Below, piece after piece: positions 1 through 11,520 of a DNA stretch of 64,000 nucleotides. Position numbers and translations under genes: made by a program. Position 1 is the first letter of the stretch. Each line of letters starts with the position of its first letter. The stretch lies in contig OZ287070.1 of assembly GCA_965645245.1 (NCBI GenBank), positions 1,550,001 to 1,614,000 of the forward strand, in the 5' to 3' direction. The DNA is from Massalongia carnosa. Its lineage: Eukaryota. The notes under the pieces were generated by a model. The model worked only from the letters and a program-made list of their open reading frames with translations, had not been told where the DNA came from and made no database searches.

Positions 1-332
1 ATATGAATTTTTCTTAACACGCTTCCTATTCTGATTTCTATATTCAATGTGCATAGATCTTCTGTTGGATATTCCACGTCCCAACTTTCTGGATCTATCT
101 TCTCGTTGATATAGAAGCAGACGCGTGTGTCTCCTCCGGATTTGTAAAGTAAGTGAAACCCGCTCTGATAGGGGTTGAGTAGTAGGGCCGTTGTAGGGTT
201 TTTCCATGGTTCTTGAATAGCAATGATATCGAAATTCTTTGTTTTCTCGTCTGCAAGCAATGGTATCAGTGTGCCTTTCGCACTTTTCCTGACGTTGTAC
301 TGCAGAATTGTGAGAGTGTTCGTGTCTCTCAT
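1..332 (-). CDS. LINE ORF2 N-terminus (APE-type endonuclease), truncated by window edge
   Basis: Manual translation from ATG 332: MRDTNTLTILQYNVRKS...FDIIAIQEPWKNP...RVCFYINEKI; ILQxN and DIIAIQEPW are APE endonuclease motifs; open to base 1. Confidence 0.9.
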   Translation of the reverse strand, partial: MRDTNTLTILQYNVRKSAKGTLIPLLADEKTKNFDIIAIQEPWKNPTTALLLNPYQSGFHLLYKSGGDTRVCFYINEKIDPESWDVEYPTEDLCTLNIEIRIGSVLRKIH

Positions 333-1939
333 AATTGATCGTCATTGTTGAGAAGTTCTTCGTTAGTGCTTGGCGTCCTGATGCGTGGACGACCTCTCAC
401 CGGCTTGGCGAAGGCCATTTCTCGAATCTCCGGATTCATCATTCTTGTCGTTCTCCATTCTTCTCTTCCTCGTAGGGGCTTCTCTCTATCCTCTCTCCTG
501 GGCGATAATGATCGCGATCGTGCCACCAGCGGTCTTCCTGCGAGGTTCGTGCTTGGCTTTCTTTTTCTTATTGTTTCCATAGCCTCTGTCATTTCTTCAT
601 CGTTTGTCTCCTGTACCTCTTCCTCCTCTACTATGGTGCTCCCTGTCCCGTCGGTCTGGCTTCGTTGGGTGTCTTTGTTGTTGTCGGTTGTGATGATCAC
701 TTCGACGTTCTGCAGCGGTGCGTTGGGAGATGGTGTGCTTTTCGATCCTAATCCTCTTTCCTTTCTCTTTTCCTCTTCTCTCCCGCTCGGAGGTGTTGCG
801 TAAAGTCTTCTAGCGGAGTCCCTTGCGATTTCCGTTCGATGCTTTCTCTCCTTTCTTGTTCTGCATTCTGCCGCCCATGCTGGGTGGCCTTTTTCTCCAC
901 ACGCTCCGCATCGTAGGAACCTCGGCGCCTTGTTGCCGGGGCACGATCGGCTTTCGTGTCTCCCCGCGCAGTATCCACATGTGGTGGGATTTCTGCAGAA
1001 CTTTGCTATATGGCCGTATTGTTGACAATTGAAGCATTGTGTGAGCTTGCATCCGGCTTCGAATAGCTCGCACGTCTTGATTTCTCCTCTGTCTGCTAGA
1101 CCTACGAGGATGAGCCGATTGGCCATCTCCGCAGTTTCTACCTCGATGTGCATAGACGCGTATCTCTTGTTCTGCTTAATGGCTCTAGTGCTCCATGCCA
1201 CTCTATTAATTTTTAGGTCTTCGTGCAGATCCTTGTTTTCTCTTATCAGATATTCTATGGCCTTCATTTGTTTTGGTCCTCGTACATCGTTCATCCGCAT
1301 GCCGTGTGCTATTACCGCGTATCCCTCTTTACGAATCGTCGCCGATGCCGCCACATTCTTTATCCATGCTGGTTGTGATTGGAGGCTCTGCTTAGCCTGC
1401 GCTGTTTTGGTGTGGATTTTCAAATCCCCGCTGGGGAGCTTCCTGATACCCGCTATCTCGCTGTTGGGGATTTTTATAGCTTCTATGATTTCTTTTGTCG
1501 TCTTTCTTCCCAAGGCCTCTTGCTCTTTGGGATCTTCTATTCTGACTATGAGTTCTTTCATCTTTCTCTTTTCTCTAAGCATGTTTTCATCGATTTGGGT
1601 CTGCGTCTTTCCGATATCCCCAGTCGTTCCCCTACGGCCCCCAGACGCGACGGCGGCGTAGCTGAGCGCTTTTCCATTGTTTTCTCCCTGCTTCTCAATC
1701 TTCTGTAATCTTTGTTGTATGTCGTGCAGTGTGCTTTGAAGACTTTCTTGATTCGACGCGTCAGGCGCGTCGCGTTTTGCCTCGTTTTGTTCTATGAACT
1801 CCACCAATGCGAGTATCCAGCGACTCACTACTGCGCCTGGTACGGTCTCCCCCATACCTTTTAGTACCTCCCTCGCTTTACATGTTAAGTGGTAGGCTTC
1901 ACTCATTTCACGCGTCAAGGCGTATTCGTTCGTGATCAT
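329..1939 (-). CDS. LINE ORF1 (gag-like nucleic-acid chaperone, 536 aa)
   Basis: Uninterrupted ORF; knuckles CFNCQQYGHIAKFC, CGYCAGRHESRSC, CGACGEKGHPAWAAEC; SYAAVA motif and N-terminal coiled-coil typical of fungal LINE ORF1. Confidence 0.9.
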   Translation of the reverse strand: MITNEYALTREMSEAYHLTCKAREVLKGMGETVPGAVVSRWILALVEFIEQNEAKRDAPDASNQESLQSTLHDIQQRLQKIEKQGENNGKALSYAAVASGGRRGTTGDIGKTQTQIDENMLREKRKMKELIVRIEDPKEQEALGRKTTKEIIEAIKIPNSEIAGIRKLPSGDLKIHTKTAQAKQSLQSQPAWIKNVAASATIRKEGYAVIAHGMRMNDVRGPKQMKAIEYLIRENKDLHEDLKINRVAWSTRAIKQNKRYASMHIEVETAEMANRLILVGLADRGEIKTCELFEAGCKLTQCFNCQQYGHIAKFCRNPTTCGYCAGRHESRSCPGNKAPRFLRCGACGEKGHPAWAAECRTRKERKHRTEIARDSARRLYATPPSGREEEKRKERGLGSKSTPSPNAPLQNVEVIITTDNNKDTQRSQTDGTGSTIVEEEEVQETNDEEMTEAMETIRKRKPSTNLAGRPLVARSRSLSPRREDREKPLRGREEWRTTRMMNPEIREMAFAKPVRGRPRIRTPSTNEELLNNDDQL

Positions 1940-2039
1940 TCTTTAGAATCACCAGCGTCGGCCTTTCAAGAATTCCAAAGATCAAGCGGACATGAACTTC
2001 CAACCTTTGTTGTCTCCGTTATATTGAGTGTAAAATTTT

Positions 2040-3259
2040 TCGTAAAACACGGATGAGTCTATGAAATGTTTCATTTATGACGCTCAGGATTTTCGTTGAC
2101 GCGTTATCAAGTGCAGAAATAAAATATTTATCGCTCGCACGAGAAACGCTTGCTGAATATCAACGTGAACTTGATACAGGAATTTTAACGGAAGATATTT
2201 TGACGAGAAAAATTGACGATGATATAGATAAGACTCGAGACGGACGAGCTTATAATCACGTTAAACGATATATACTAGAAAAATTGGTTTGGAATGGAGA
2301 AAATGGAGTTGATTATTTTTACGCTTCTAGAGTGCCTCATTATTGATAGCTTCGAGAAAGTAAACGAACTCAGGATGCACGAGACCAAAAAGCTAAAGAA
2401 GCTATGCGAAAAGCGGCGGAAAAAAAAAATTGATAACGGGGGAGATAGATATTGAGGCTATTCAAGAGGCTATCTGATAGCTATTTGGGAAACTATTTGG
2501 GAGACTATTTGAAAGGCTATTTGAAAAGCAGCGGAGATTATCTGGGAGATTATTTGGGAGGCTAATTGGAAAGTTATTTGGGAGGCTATTTGGGAGATTA
2601 TTTGATAGCTATCTGGGAGGCTATTTGAAGAGTTATTTGAAAAGCAGCGCAGAATATCTGGAAGGCTATTTGGGAGGCTATTTGAAAGCGGTGAAGATTA
2701 TCTGGGAGGCTATTTGGGAGGCTTTATGCGAGGCTTTATGCGAGGCTATTTGAAAGGCTATTTAGAAGGCTATTTGAGATGCTATCTGAAAAGCAGCGGA
2801 GACTATTTAGGAGGCTATTTAGTAGCTATTTGGGGGAATATTTGGGAGGCTATTTGGGAGATATTTGAGAGATACTTGGGAGATAATTGAAAGGCTATTT
2901 GGGAGGCTATTTGAAAGGCTTTTTGGGAGGCTTTTGGGAGGCTATCTGGGAGACTATTTGAAAAGCAGCGGAGACTATTTGAAAGGCTATTTAGGGGCTA
3001 GAAGTGGGGCCTTATAAAAATCAGCGGAGGCTATCTGGGAGACTATTTGGAAGATGCTTTGACTTTGACGGGTGTCAAGGAGGAGATGGCGCAGGGCCGT
3101 TGCGGAGCGAAGCGGACCAGGTCCGGAGCAGAAATCAGAGATATTTTGAGATTCGCATGAAAAAATAGCAAGCCAAATAGTAAGTAAATGAAAAGTAGTA
3201 GTAAATTAGATTTTTTCATTCGAAACATCTCAGGTCTGAGATAGCACTGTCTCGTTACA
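2040..3259. mobile_element. Degenerate repeat-like segment, possibly an LTR or TE remnant
   Basis: AT-rich, CC-poor sequence with a broken ORF, a tandem array, and an end ...CTCGTTACA at 3259 (TGTAAC on minus, an LTR-type terminus); no partner terminus in window. Confidence 0.35.
2453..3050. repeat. Degenerate tandem array of 12-bp unit GGGAGGCTATTT (~600 bp)
   Basis: Repeated GGGAGGCTATTT/GAAAGGCTATTT/GGGAGACTATTT units, punctuated by GAAAAGCAGCG at ~2523, 2639, 2788 and 2960. Confidence 0.9.
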
Positions 3260-3767
3260 GAATACGGAATATTGGTCCAGATAACTAGTTAATAAGATAT
3301 CATCAAAGGAGCCGGTCCATGTGGAAGGTCTCGTCTCATTCTATCATTGGACTACTTTGCTCATCTACCTAGCTTACAGTTCATCTTCAAATCAAGAAGC
3401 CACAGCTTGTACTCTGTACAGTGGATATAACTGGGGAAGAGGGAGGCCCAGTGTAGACATTCCTCTGTAGGGAAACGGATGACTGCTTGGTTCAAGACGT
3501 CACTTCTGGCGTGATAAGCGGAAGCCGTTTTTATTTCGAGGTTCATCGGCATCATTTACGGAAAACTTCTCTGTTACATACCGATCTTAGGTACTTAGCT
3601 CTGTGCTCTATAGACCTACCCGCGCCCCTCCGCCATAAAATACAAAATAATTACACCCCCACCTCTATTACAAGCCATTTATTACTGCTTCTTTTTATCT
3701 ACACTTGGTTTCCAATTCCACCTTCCTTCCGCTATAATCTAGTCGTCTCCGTTTCTCCGCTTTCGTC

Positions 3768-5716
3768 ATGTCGAATACTGTCATTCAGTCGGAGGATCCT
3801 GATAACGTTGGGTAAGTGTCTGTGGCTTCTTTTGTCAACGTCATTTGCTGCACCTAGGATCAATGTAAGAGTCGGTCTTCTCGTACTACCGAAGCGTGCT
3901 GCAGACTTTCTTCTTTATATGGCTATTGATTACACAGGGAATGCGCCTTGTTGACGTTAGCTGTGCATGCTCAGCACTATAGAGCTTAAGGACAATACCA
4001 TCATTGTTGTTCTAGGAGCGTCCGGAGATCTTGCTAAGAAGAAGACAGTAAGAGGACCGATCGATTCACTATGCTGTACTGCTATGGCTGACAGTGCGGT
4101 TCTAGTTTCCAGCACTCTTTGGCTTGGTTGGTGAAATTTCTTCACAAGGGCGCGATAACATCAACTCATCATTCTGCAGCACCGAAACCAATTCCTTCCG
4201 AAAGACATCAAGATCGTCGGATATGCACGGACCAAGATGGACCATGAGGAATACCTCAGACGGGTCAAGTCGCACATCAAGGTGCCCACCAAGGAAATGG
4301 AAGAGAGTTTGAATGACTTTTGCAAATTATGTACATACATCTCAGGGCAGTATGACCAGGATGAATCGTTTGCAGCGTTAAATAAACATTTGGAGGAGAT
4401 TGAAGGTGGAAGACAAGAACAGAACCGGGTCTTCTACATGGCTCTCCCGCCTAGTGTCTTCATTACGGTCTCGCAGCACTTGAAGAAGAATTGCTATCCG
4501 AAAAATGGCATCTCACGCATCATTGTGGAGAAGCCGTTTGGGAAAGACCTTGGGAGCTCGAGAGAGCTTCAAAAGGCATTGGAACCAGATTGGAATGAGG
4601 AAGAAATTTTCCGAATCGATCACTACCTTGGAAAGGAGATGGTCAAGAATATTCTGATACTTCGATTTGGAAACGAGTTTTTTGGCGCAACTTGGAACCG
4701 AAATCACATAGACAACGTTCAGATAACGTTCAAAGAACCCTTTGGAACCGAGGGCCGAGGAGGTTACTTTGATGAATTTGGCATTATACGCGATGTCATG
4801 CAAAACCATTTGCTACAGGTGCTCACGTTACTCGCTATGGAGAGACCAATTTCGTTTTCCTCTGAAGATATCCGCGATGAGAAAGTTCGAGTTCTCCGAG
4901 TCATCCCAGCCATAGAACCCAAAAATGTCATTATCGGACAATATGGTAAGTCGTTGGATGGTAATAAGCCTGCATACAAGGAAGATGATACCGTCCCCAA
5001 AGACTCGAGGTGTCCCACGTTCTGCGCAATGGTCGCACACATCAAGAACGAGCGATGGGATGGCGTACCTTTTATATTAAAGGCTGGCAAAGGTTAGGAG
5101 TCTCATTCCTTTGCGAGCAATTCAGGATGCTGAGATTCCGACAGCGCTCAACGAGCAGAAAACGGAGATTCGCATACAATTCAAAGATGTGACGTCTGGG
5201 ATCTTCAAAGACATTCCCCGTAACGAATTGGTCATCCGGGTGCAGCCTAATGAATCAGTCTACATTAAGATGAACTCTAAACTGCCGGGCCTGAGCATGC
5301 AGACCGTCGTCACTGAACTCGACTTGACCTACCGACGCCGCTTCTCCGACCTCAAGATCCCGGAAGCGTACGAGTCTTTAATCCTTGATGCACTCAAGGG
5401 CGATCACTCCAATTTCGTCCGTGACGATGAGCTGGATGCGAGCTGGAGGGTCTTCACGCCGCTGCTACATTACCTGGACGACAATAAAGAAATCATCCCT
5501 ATGGAATATCCATATGGTTCGTCAAGATGCCCACTCCCTTTGTTTGTCTGCATGACGAAGGAGTGAAGTCTTGTTACTAATTTTTGATTTCCAAAAAAAG
5601 GTTCGCGAGGTCCAGCCGTGCTGGATGACTTCACGTCTGCATATGGCTACAAGTTCAGCGACCCGGCCGGCTATCAGTGGGGGAACGTACAGAATGGAGC
5701 GGATAGCAAGGACTAA
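3768..5716 (+). CDS. ZWF1: Glucose-6-phosphate 1-dehydrogenase (multi-exon)
   Basis: GASGDLAKKK NADP-binding motif, RIDHYLGKE active-site peptide, EKPFG; GT-AG introns join exons incl. a 21-nt exon 4106-4126; ends ...AGYQWGNVQNGADSKD*. Confidence 0.97.
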
Positions 5717-6365
5717 AGGACCTAATGAATCTCGTACAGCCTTAGCTGCAGCGTCATTTTTTCACCGGTTTTGTCGCAAGCAGTAGACTTGTCGACTTTC
5801 CATAGTTAGTGGTGCTGGTAATCCTAGAAGCATTTACGTGAATGGAGCAAGTTTCCATGACCTTGCTTTGATGTGCGCCTACCTAGCCTAGGCTTTCTTT
5901 TTCAGAATTAGAAAAAAGGGGGCGTGGGTGGCTACCTTTTTTTTTTTAGGCAGCTTGAGTCTGGGGCAATTTCAGAGGCATGGTCGGAGTTCTAGCTCAT
6001 GCGCGAATGATTTTCCATTTTGGATGCCTTTTATAATGGTGGCTGGGTGGCAAGGCGATTCGGGATGGAAACGCTACCTTTTATTACGGTAGTTCTGTAA
6101 TCAGATACTCGCTCCCTCTCACAAAGCCATCACCAGCAGGCATCATTTTAGATGACGAAAGCAACCACCACGCTTCTGCCTCACCGCCATTGATCATCGA
6201 CCCATCAAAAAGTCTACAAGAGATCATTCCCTTCATCCAAGCATCATCCGTGACGAACAACCCCTTCATTCAAAGCGCATGTCCCTGCTCGCAAGCCATG
6301 CCTGCCCCATAACTCCCATTCTTATCCTATGGACAAAGACGTTTTTTCTTTGCCTCCCGCTCTCT

Positions 6366-8020
6366 TTATATCCTTGCTCCGCTTCTCAGCCCCGACCGCC
6401 CGGGCCCCGGGCCCTGGCCTGCGCCCCCCATAAACACATCCATGCTGGCGTTTGAAAACGGATCTTGCGTGGTCAGCGCTAGCACACCAGTTTGGCCCTT
6501 TGGCGTCTTGATTTCCAGTCCTGCGTTCAAGATCTCCATCCTCAGGATCCGTAAATGCGCCGTACGCGCGTACTCCTCGGCCATCGCCAACGCCTGCTCG
6601 TGTACTTTCCTCCGCTCGTCCACTGTGTTAGCAACGAGAACCCGATCCACTAAGTCAATGCGGGCATCCAGGCTGCGGCGCTTGATCATGCTGGTGAGTT
6701 CGTGCTCAATGGTTGTCTCGTCGGTGTTGAAGGCAGCTGCTAGGGCGTTAAAGGTCACACGCGAAAAGGGGATAAAGTACTGCTGGATCGCCTTGCTGCG
6801 GATCCGAAAGTAAAGTTCTTGCACGTGGCGCTGCAGGTAGACATCGAGAAGGTAGTCGGCTTTGTAGGAGTCGAGGATGGATAGGCAGGCCGAGTATTTG
6901 GACGAGACGAAGAAGGAGACGGCACGACGGATGTGCGGTTCCAACTCAAGGTAGTTGCGAAACGAGGAGTTCTCAAGCACGTTTCGCTGTAGCTCATCGC
7001 GAGTCATGGAGGCGAGAGCGCAAAGACCGCCGTAGACGGCAACATCGTTAGGTGTGAGGACTTCATTATATGCTTCTTCGTCTGCGAGGTCATCGACTTT
7101 GGCAGATATCATTCGTGCATCAGTTCTTAAGAAGCTTTCCGCAGCGTCTCTATAACTATCGGAGGCAAGGTGGGCAAGCCCCATGGCGGCGGAGAGCTTA
7201 GGAGCGATTTTCTCGGCGTCTGGGTATCGTTGATTTTGGTTACGCAGACGTTGGACGTTTGCCTGAACGGCAAGCCAGTTTTGTTGATCAATGGAGACGT
7301 TGATAATGCGGAGCGACATAATTACTATATGGGCAGGTGTTGTGCAGTAATCGCGCATCTTCCCGTAGGCTTTGGAAGAATTGCCTAGTTCCCCAATAAG
7401 GTGAAAGTGCTGTCCGAGGTCGTCATAACCCATCTTTGTCACAGTTTCTTAGCCATATCTTCATTAGAGATACGTAAATATTAGCTTACGCGGATGCTTT
7501 CTTTGATCAGGTTATTCTTGTATCCTTTTAACTCCAGCTCCAATCGATCTGTCTCAGCTTGAACCTGCTTAGCCGTCTTGTCTATCCATCCGCGGTCTAA
7601 TATAGCATCTCGATCGCTCGGGGCGATTTCTTGAAGGGTCGAGATGGCGATTTCATATCGGCTTATGTTTTTGCCCGATTTTGCTTCAGCAATCGCTGCT
7701 TTCAACGCATCAATGTAGAGATAAGATGAGGATGTTCCGATAAGTAGCAGCCGGTCAAAACGAGTTCTGCCTAAACCGCGCAGTCAGTTCATTGCTTTAA
7801 CAGTATTTCTATAGCGTCTTGGTGGGGACGAACCTTTGTAGTTTGTGATATAGGCATCAAGATCAAGCTTTGGAGGTTCTAGGTTGTAAGATCAGCAGTT
7901 ATTTTCATTCTGAGGCGTAAAACCTCGAAATTTCTTCTTGAGATAGCTAGCACCTTTCACAACGATTCGCCCTGCTCTGCGAGCCTTCGCAAAGTAGTCA
8001 GGCTCTTTGTAACCAGCCAT
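6366..8020 (-). CDS. CSN1: COP9 signalosome subunit 1 (multi-exon)
   Basis: KLDLDAYITNYKG, RTRFDRL, ELKGYKNNLIKESIRMG, DVAVYGGLCALAS and C-terminal PCI domain (LDARID). Confidence 0.93.
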
Positions 8021-8465
8021 TTGAGTTTCGCTGGGAGACGATCAAGCAGAAAGCACCCGCAGGTGAGGCTGAAAGATAATCGACAGGCCCGTGCAGTCAA
8101 CAAGCGTGACAGCGTTATGGTGGCGTTGGGCCAAGACTCGCTTGCGCTTACTTGAAATATCCTTGTCGATTTCTTTTATCCGGCAGTTCCACAGTCAATA
8201 TCAAAACCCGTTCAAGGTTAGATCTTTTTGGAGTAGTCAGGGATCCTCAACACGTTTCTTGCCCGGCAGTCCGACAACCTACGGTTTACAGTTAGATCTC
8301 CCCAGAACATCTACGCACTACTCTGTACCCTACCGAGGAGTTCCTTCCTTTTTCTGAATAAGAGAGTTTGTTGCGCAATAGAAACAATCCAAGGTCAACT
8401 TGATTGAAAAATGATGAACCAATAATCAATTTATCTGCTTGACTACCTTTCATGCCACTCCACAA

Positions 8466-9905
8466 ATGATTTCCCTACCGATACATCGACGCCGGTTTCC
8501 TTTCCTCCTTCGCAGACTTTTCAATTCACATGCAGATATTTTGCAAGGTGAAACCACCTCACAGGGAAAATCGACAATTCCTATAAGGCCTTGCTAACAC
8601 AATCTAGAGGGCGACAGAGCTTTACTTCGTTATAGAGATAAAACTATCTTAACGAAGCCCCTCCGTCGCAAAGGGGAGACATCCACTGCACATGGCACTA
8701 TCAGTCATGAGAGCATCATTGGCAAGCGATCTAGAGAGGCCGTCAAATCAGCAAAGGGAATCACATTTCGCACACATTTCCCTACTCTTGAGGAGTATGT
8801 CACCATGACTCCTCGTGTCGTCACTCCTGTGCGCCAACTATGATCTCTAATCCCATGCGCCGATGCTAATGGAACGAGTTAGTAGGTCTACCCTAAAGAT
8901 GCCAATTTGATGGTTTCACTGCTCGACATCCACGTCTCTCCCCAGCTTGCTCCACCTCAGAAGCAACACCTACTTGAAATTCTTGAGGCAGGGACGGGCC
9001 ATGGAGGCTTAACCCTTTATTTGGCACGAGCAATCCACGCTGCAAATATTCCCCGGCAGGAAAGGAAGGATACTGTCGATACAAATCAAGATGGAGAGCC
9101 GCGATCGTCACGTCCTGACACCAGCTTACCAGCGGATGAGTCGTCGACGAACACCCATGTAGCGCTCTCGCGTATAGCTGCTGAAAAACAGGAGTTGCTA
9201 GATGAAATGAACAAGAATAAATTGCACCGTCGCGCTGTTGTCCACACAGTTGAAATTTCGCCAAACAACCTGGCGCATGCCCAAAAGATTGTTAAGGGCT
9301 TCCGTCGGGGTCAATACGCCGAAGACGTCGTATTTTATGTCGGTGATGTAGCCGCATGGATCGACCAGCAAATAGCGTCGAGAAAGCAGCCAAATTCAGG
9401 AGCAAAGAACTTTGCGTTTTTATCTCATATTATATTGGACTTACCTAATTCTTATTATCACCTCCAAAAAGCCACTTCTGCGCTACATGTAAATGGTAGC
9501 ATTCTCGTATTCAATCCCAGCGTCACTCAAATCGTCGCCTGTGTTGAGGAGGTCAGAAAGAGAAGGCTACCGCTGGAACTTGATCGAGTCGTTGAGCTAG
9601 GCCCTGCGATGACTGGAGGTCGAGAATGGGATGTCCGGGCTGTAAGACCGAAAGCTGTACTTCAAGCTGATATGAGGAAGGCAAATAATACCGTTGATCC
9701 GCTTGCTTCAACAACAACAAACTGTCCCGAGTCTCAACCCATTAAGGATGTTTCGAGCACCAAAACAAGAGACGAGGAAGAAGCCGAAGCAGCATTGAAG
9801 GAGGAGACTGGATGGGAGATAGTGTGTAGACCAATGGTTGGTGACCGGGTGTCTGGAGGGGGGTTTCTGGGCGTATGGAAGAAGATGGAAGTCCAAGATC
9901 ATTAA
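8466..9905 (+). CDS. tRNA m1A58 methyltransferase catalytic subunit-like (GCD14/TRM61 family), probably mitochondrial
   Basis: PTLEEYVTMTPRVVTPVYPKDA, LEAGTGHGGLTLYLARA SAM motif, ILDLP; Arg-rich N-terminus MISLPIHRRRFPFLLRR resembles a presequence; two introns. Confidence 0.85.
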
Positions 9906-9970
9906 CAAGTTCACTGAGCCTAGCCCTTCCCCCAGCCTCTAGAATGTTGGATATACCAAATACAAGGTGC

Positions 9971-11185
9971 TCAGAGCCTGCTCTTGGCTGGCGAGCGGGT
10001 CGACGCTGGCTCCACCGCGGCGCCCGCCCTTGCAAGGATCCAGTCTGCAACATCGTTTGCGAACGTGATTTTGTCCTGTCCCGGCTCCGCATGCACTACA
10101 TCATCGTCAGCCACGGCCCACGCAACTCTTCGCCCCACGCTCATGTCCATTCCTCAAAAAACTCACATTTATGGTACCACCCCTCATAAGCCTTGAACTC
10201 CTTATCCTTTATCCCCAATCTCTTCACGAACCGCTCGCTCGCTTCAAAGCTCGTCACCCTATCCTCCGTCCCATGCCCCACCCACAACCGACACCCTCCC
10301 CCTTCGCCCTCCCCTTCCCCATCCCCCAGATCTGTAAGCACCACACCCCCTAGATCCAGCTCCGCCGCGCGAGCCAAACACCCCGCCATCCCCTCCAGCG
10401 TGCACGTATCATGACACAGCGGATCGGCCGCATAGGCCGCGCACTCCTCCTCGTCGCGCGACACCCACTGCGCCTCCACGCGCTGCACCAGCTGCCACCC
10501 CGGCAGTACCCGACTGGCCAGCCGCCCCACAGCCACCAGCGCCCGGCCCGGCTGCGTCGTCGGATGAAGCGCGATCCACGGGCTCTCGACCAGGTACCCC
10601 CGGATCTGCCGCCGAACCTCCGCGGGGCCGCGCGCCGCGAAATGCAGCACCTCAGCCCCGCCCATTGAGTGGCCCATCAGGAATAGCGGCGGCGGCGAGG
10701 GCTGGAGGAGAAACAGCAGCGCGCGCACGACCGAGGCGATGTCCGCCAGCACTTGCGCCGTGGGTCCGGTGAGGCCGCGCGTCGAGCACGTGGTGACGGA
10801 GCGACCCCACCCCCGTTGGTCGAAGGCGAAGCTCTGGATCGAGCGGCTGGCTAGGTGCGTGAAGAGCGCTGAGTGAGTGTTGCTGTGGTCAGAGAAGCCG
10901 TGAATGAAGATGAGGAGAGCCCGGGGGGGGGGATCGGGCTGTTCATTTATTTTATTTATTACTGTCAGTTTCAGAAATGATTTGGTTTTGGTTCTTTCTT
11001 GCTTCGATTATTGTTTTTCTGTTTTTAAACAAGGGAAAGAAGATCGGTGGTGGGTTAGTGGGGAAAGAGGGTGGACGAAACAGAGACAGACAGCTTCATG
11101 TATTTACCTTCCACGTCTTAGTGTAGAGCTTCGTCCCATCATGCAGGGTGTGCCATCCCTCTTCCGTCGTCGTCGTAGTAGCCAT
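9971..11185 (-). CDS. Alpha/beta hydrolase, monoacylglycerol lipase/lysophospholipase-like (3 exons)
   Basis: FIHGFSDH, FDQRGWGRS, GHSMGG nucleophile elbow, HGTEDRVT, YEGWYHKLHAEP; spliced C-terminus ends AKSRL*. Confidence 0.9.
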
Positions 11186-11520
11186 AATTAATGCTTTGCA
11201 AACTTCTAATCCTCGGACTTAATGTAAATCGATATCAAGTTTGCAGGCTGTTAAAAGATATATGTTTTTGCTGGCCGTTGCCGATGCTGTCGAGCAACTC
11301 TCTCTCTCTCTCTCTCTATTTCAATACCTAATAGGTAAGTAAGATGGAGTTTACGTATCCATCATAGATGTAGTGTAAATTTTACATATTGTAAAACTCC
11401 CTTTTGCCGAGGTCGAAACTTTAGCTATTCTTTTTCCTCTTTCCCCCAGTGCCACCTCTTCACCGCTGCTTCACTTACATGAAACCAGAAACGAGGTTGT
11501 TTCCTCGCCCACACATACTT

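Larger units (their letters stand above)
1..2030 (-). mobile_element. Non-LTR retrotransposon (LINE, Tad1-like), 5' portion; continues beyond window start; 5' boundary approximate
   Basis: Gag-like ORF1 with three zinc knuckles immediately followed by an APE-endonuclease ORF2 on the same strand. Confidence 0.9.

Noticed and set aside
345..1708. Plus-strand ORFs over LINE ORF1, and similar short overlapping ORFs throughout the window
   Set aside because: Antisense or off-frame shadows of well-supported genes with no independent motifs.
2453..3050. CRISPR-like or protein-coding reading of the tandem array
   Set aside because: No unique spacers, eukaryotic context, and no long ORF across it.
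5687..5745. Possible extra intron near the G6PD stop creating a peroxisomal isoform
   Set aside because: Splicing GTACAG..TACAG would give ...GNP*, which is not a PTS1.
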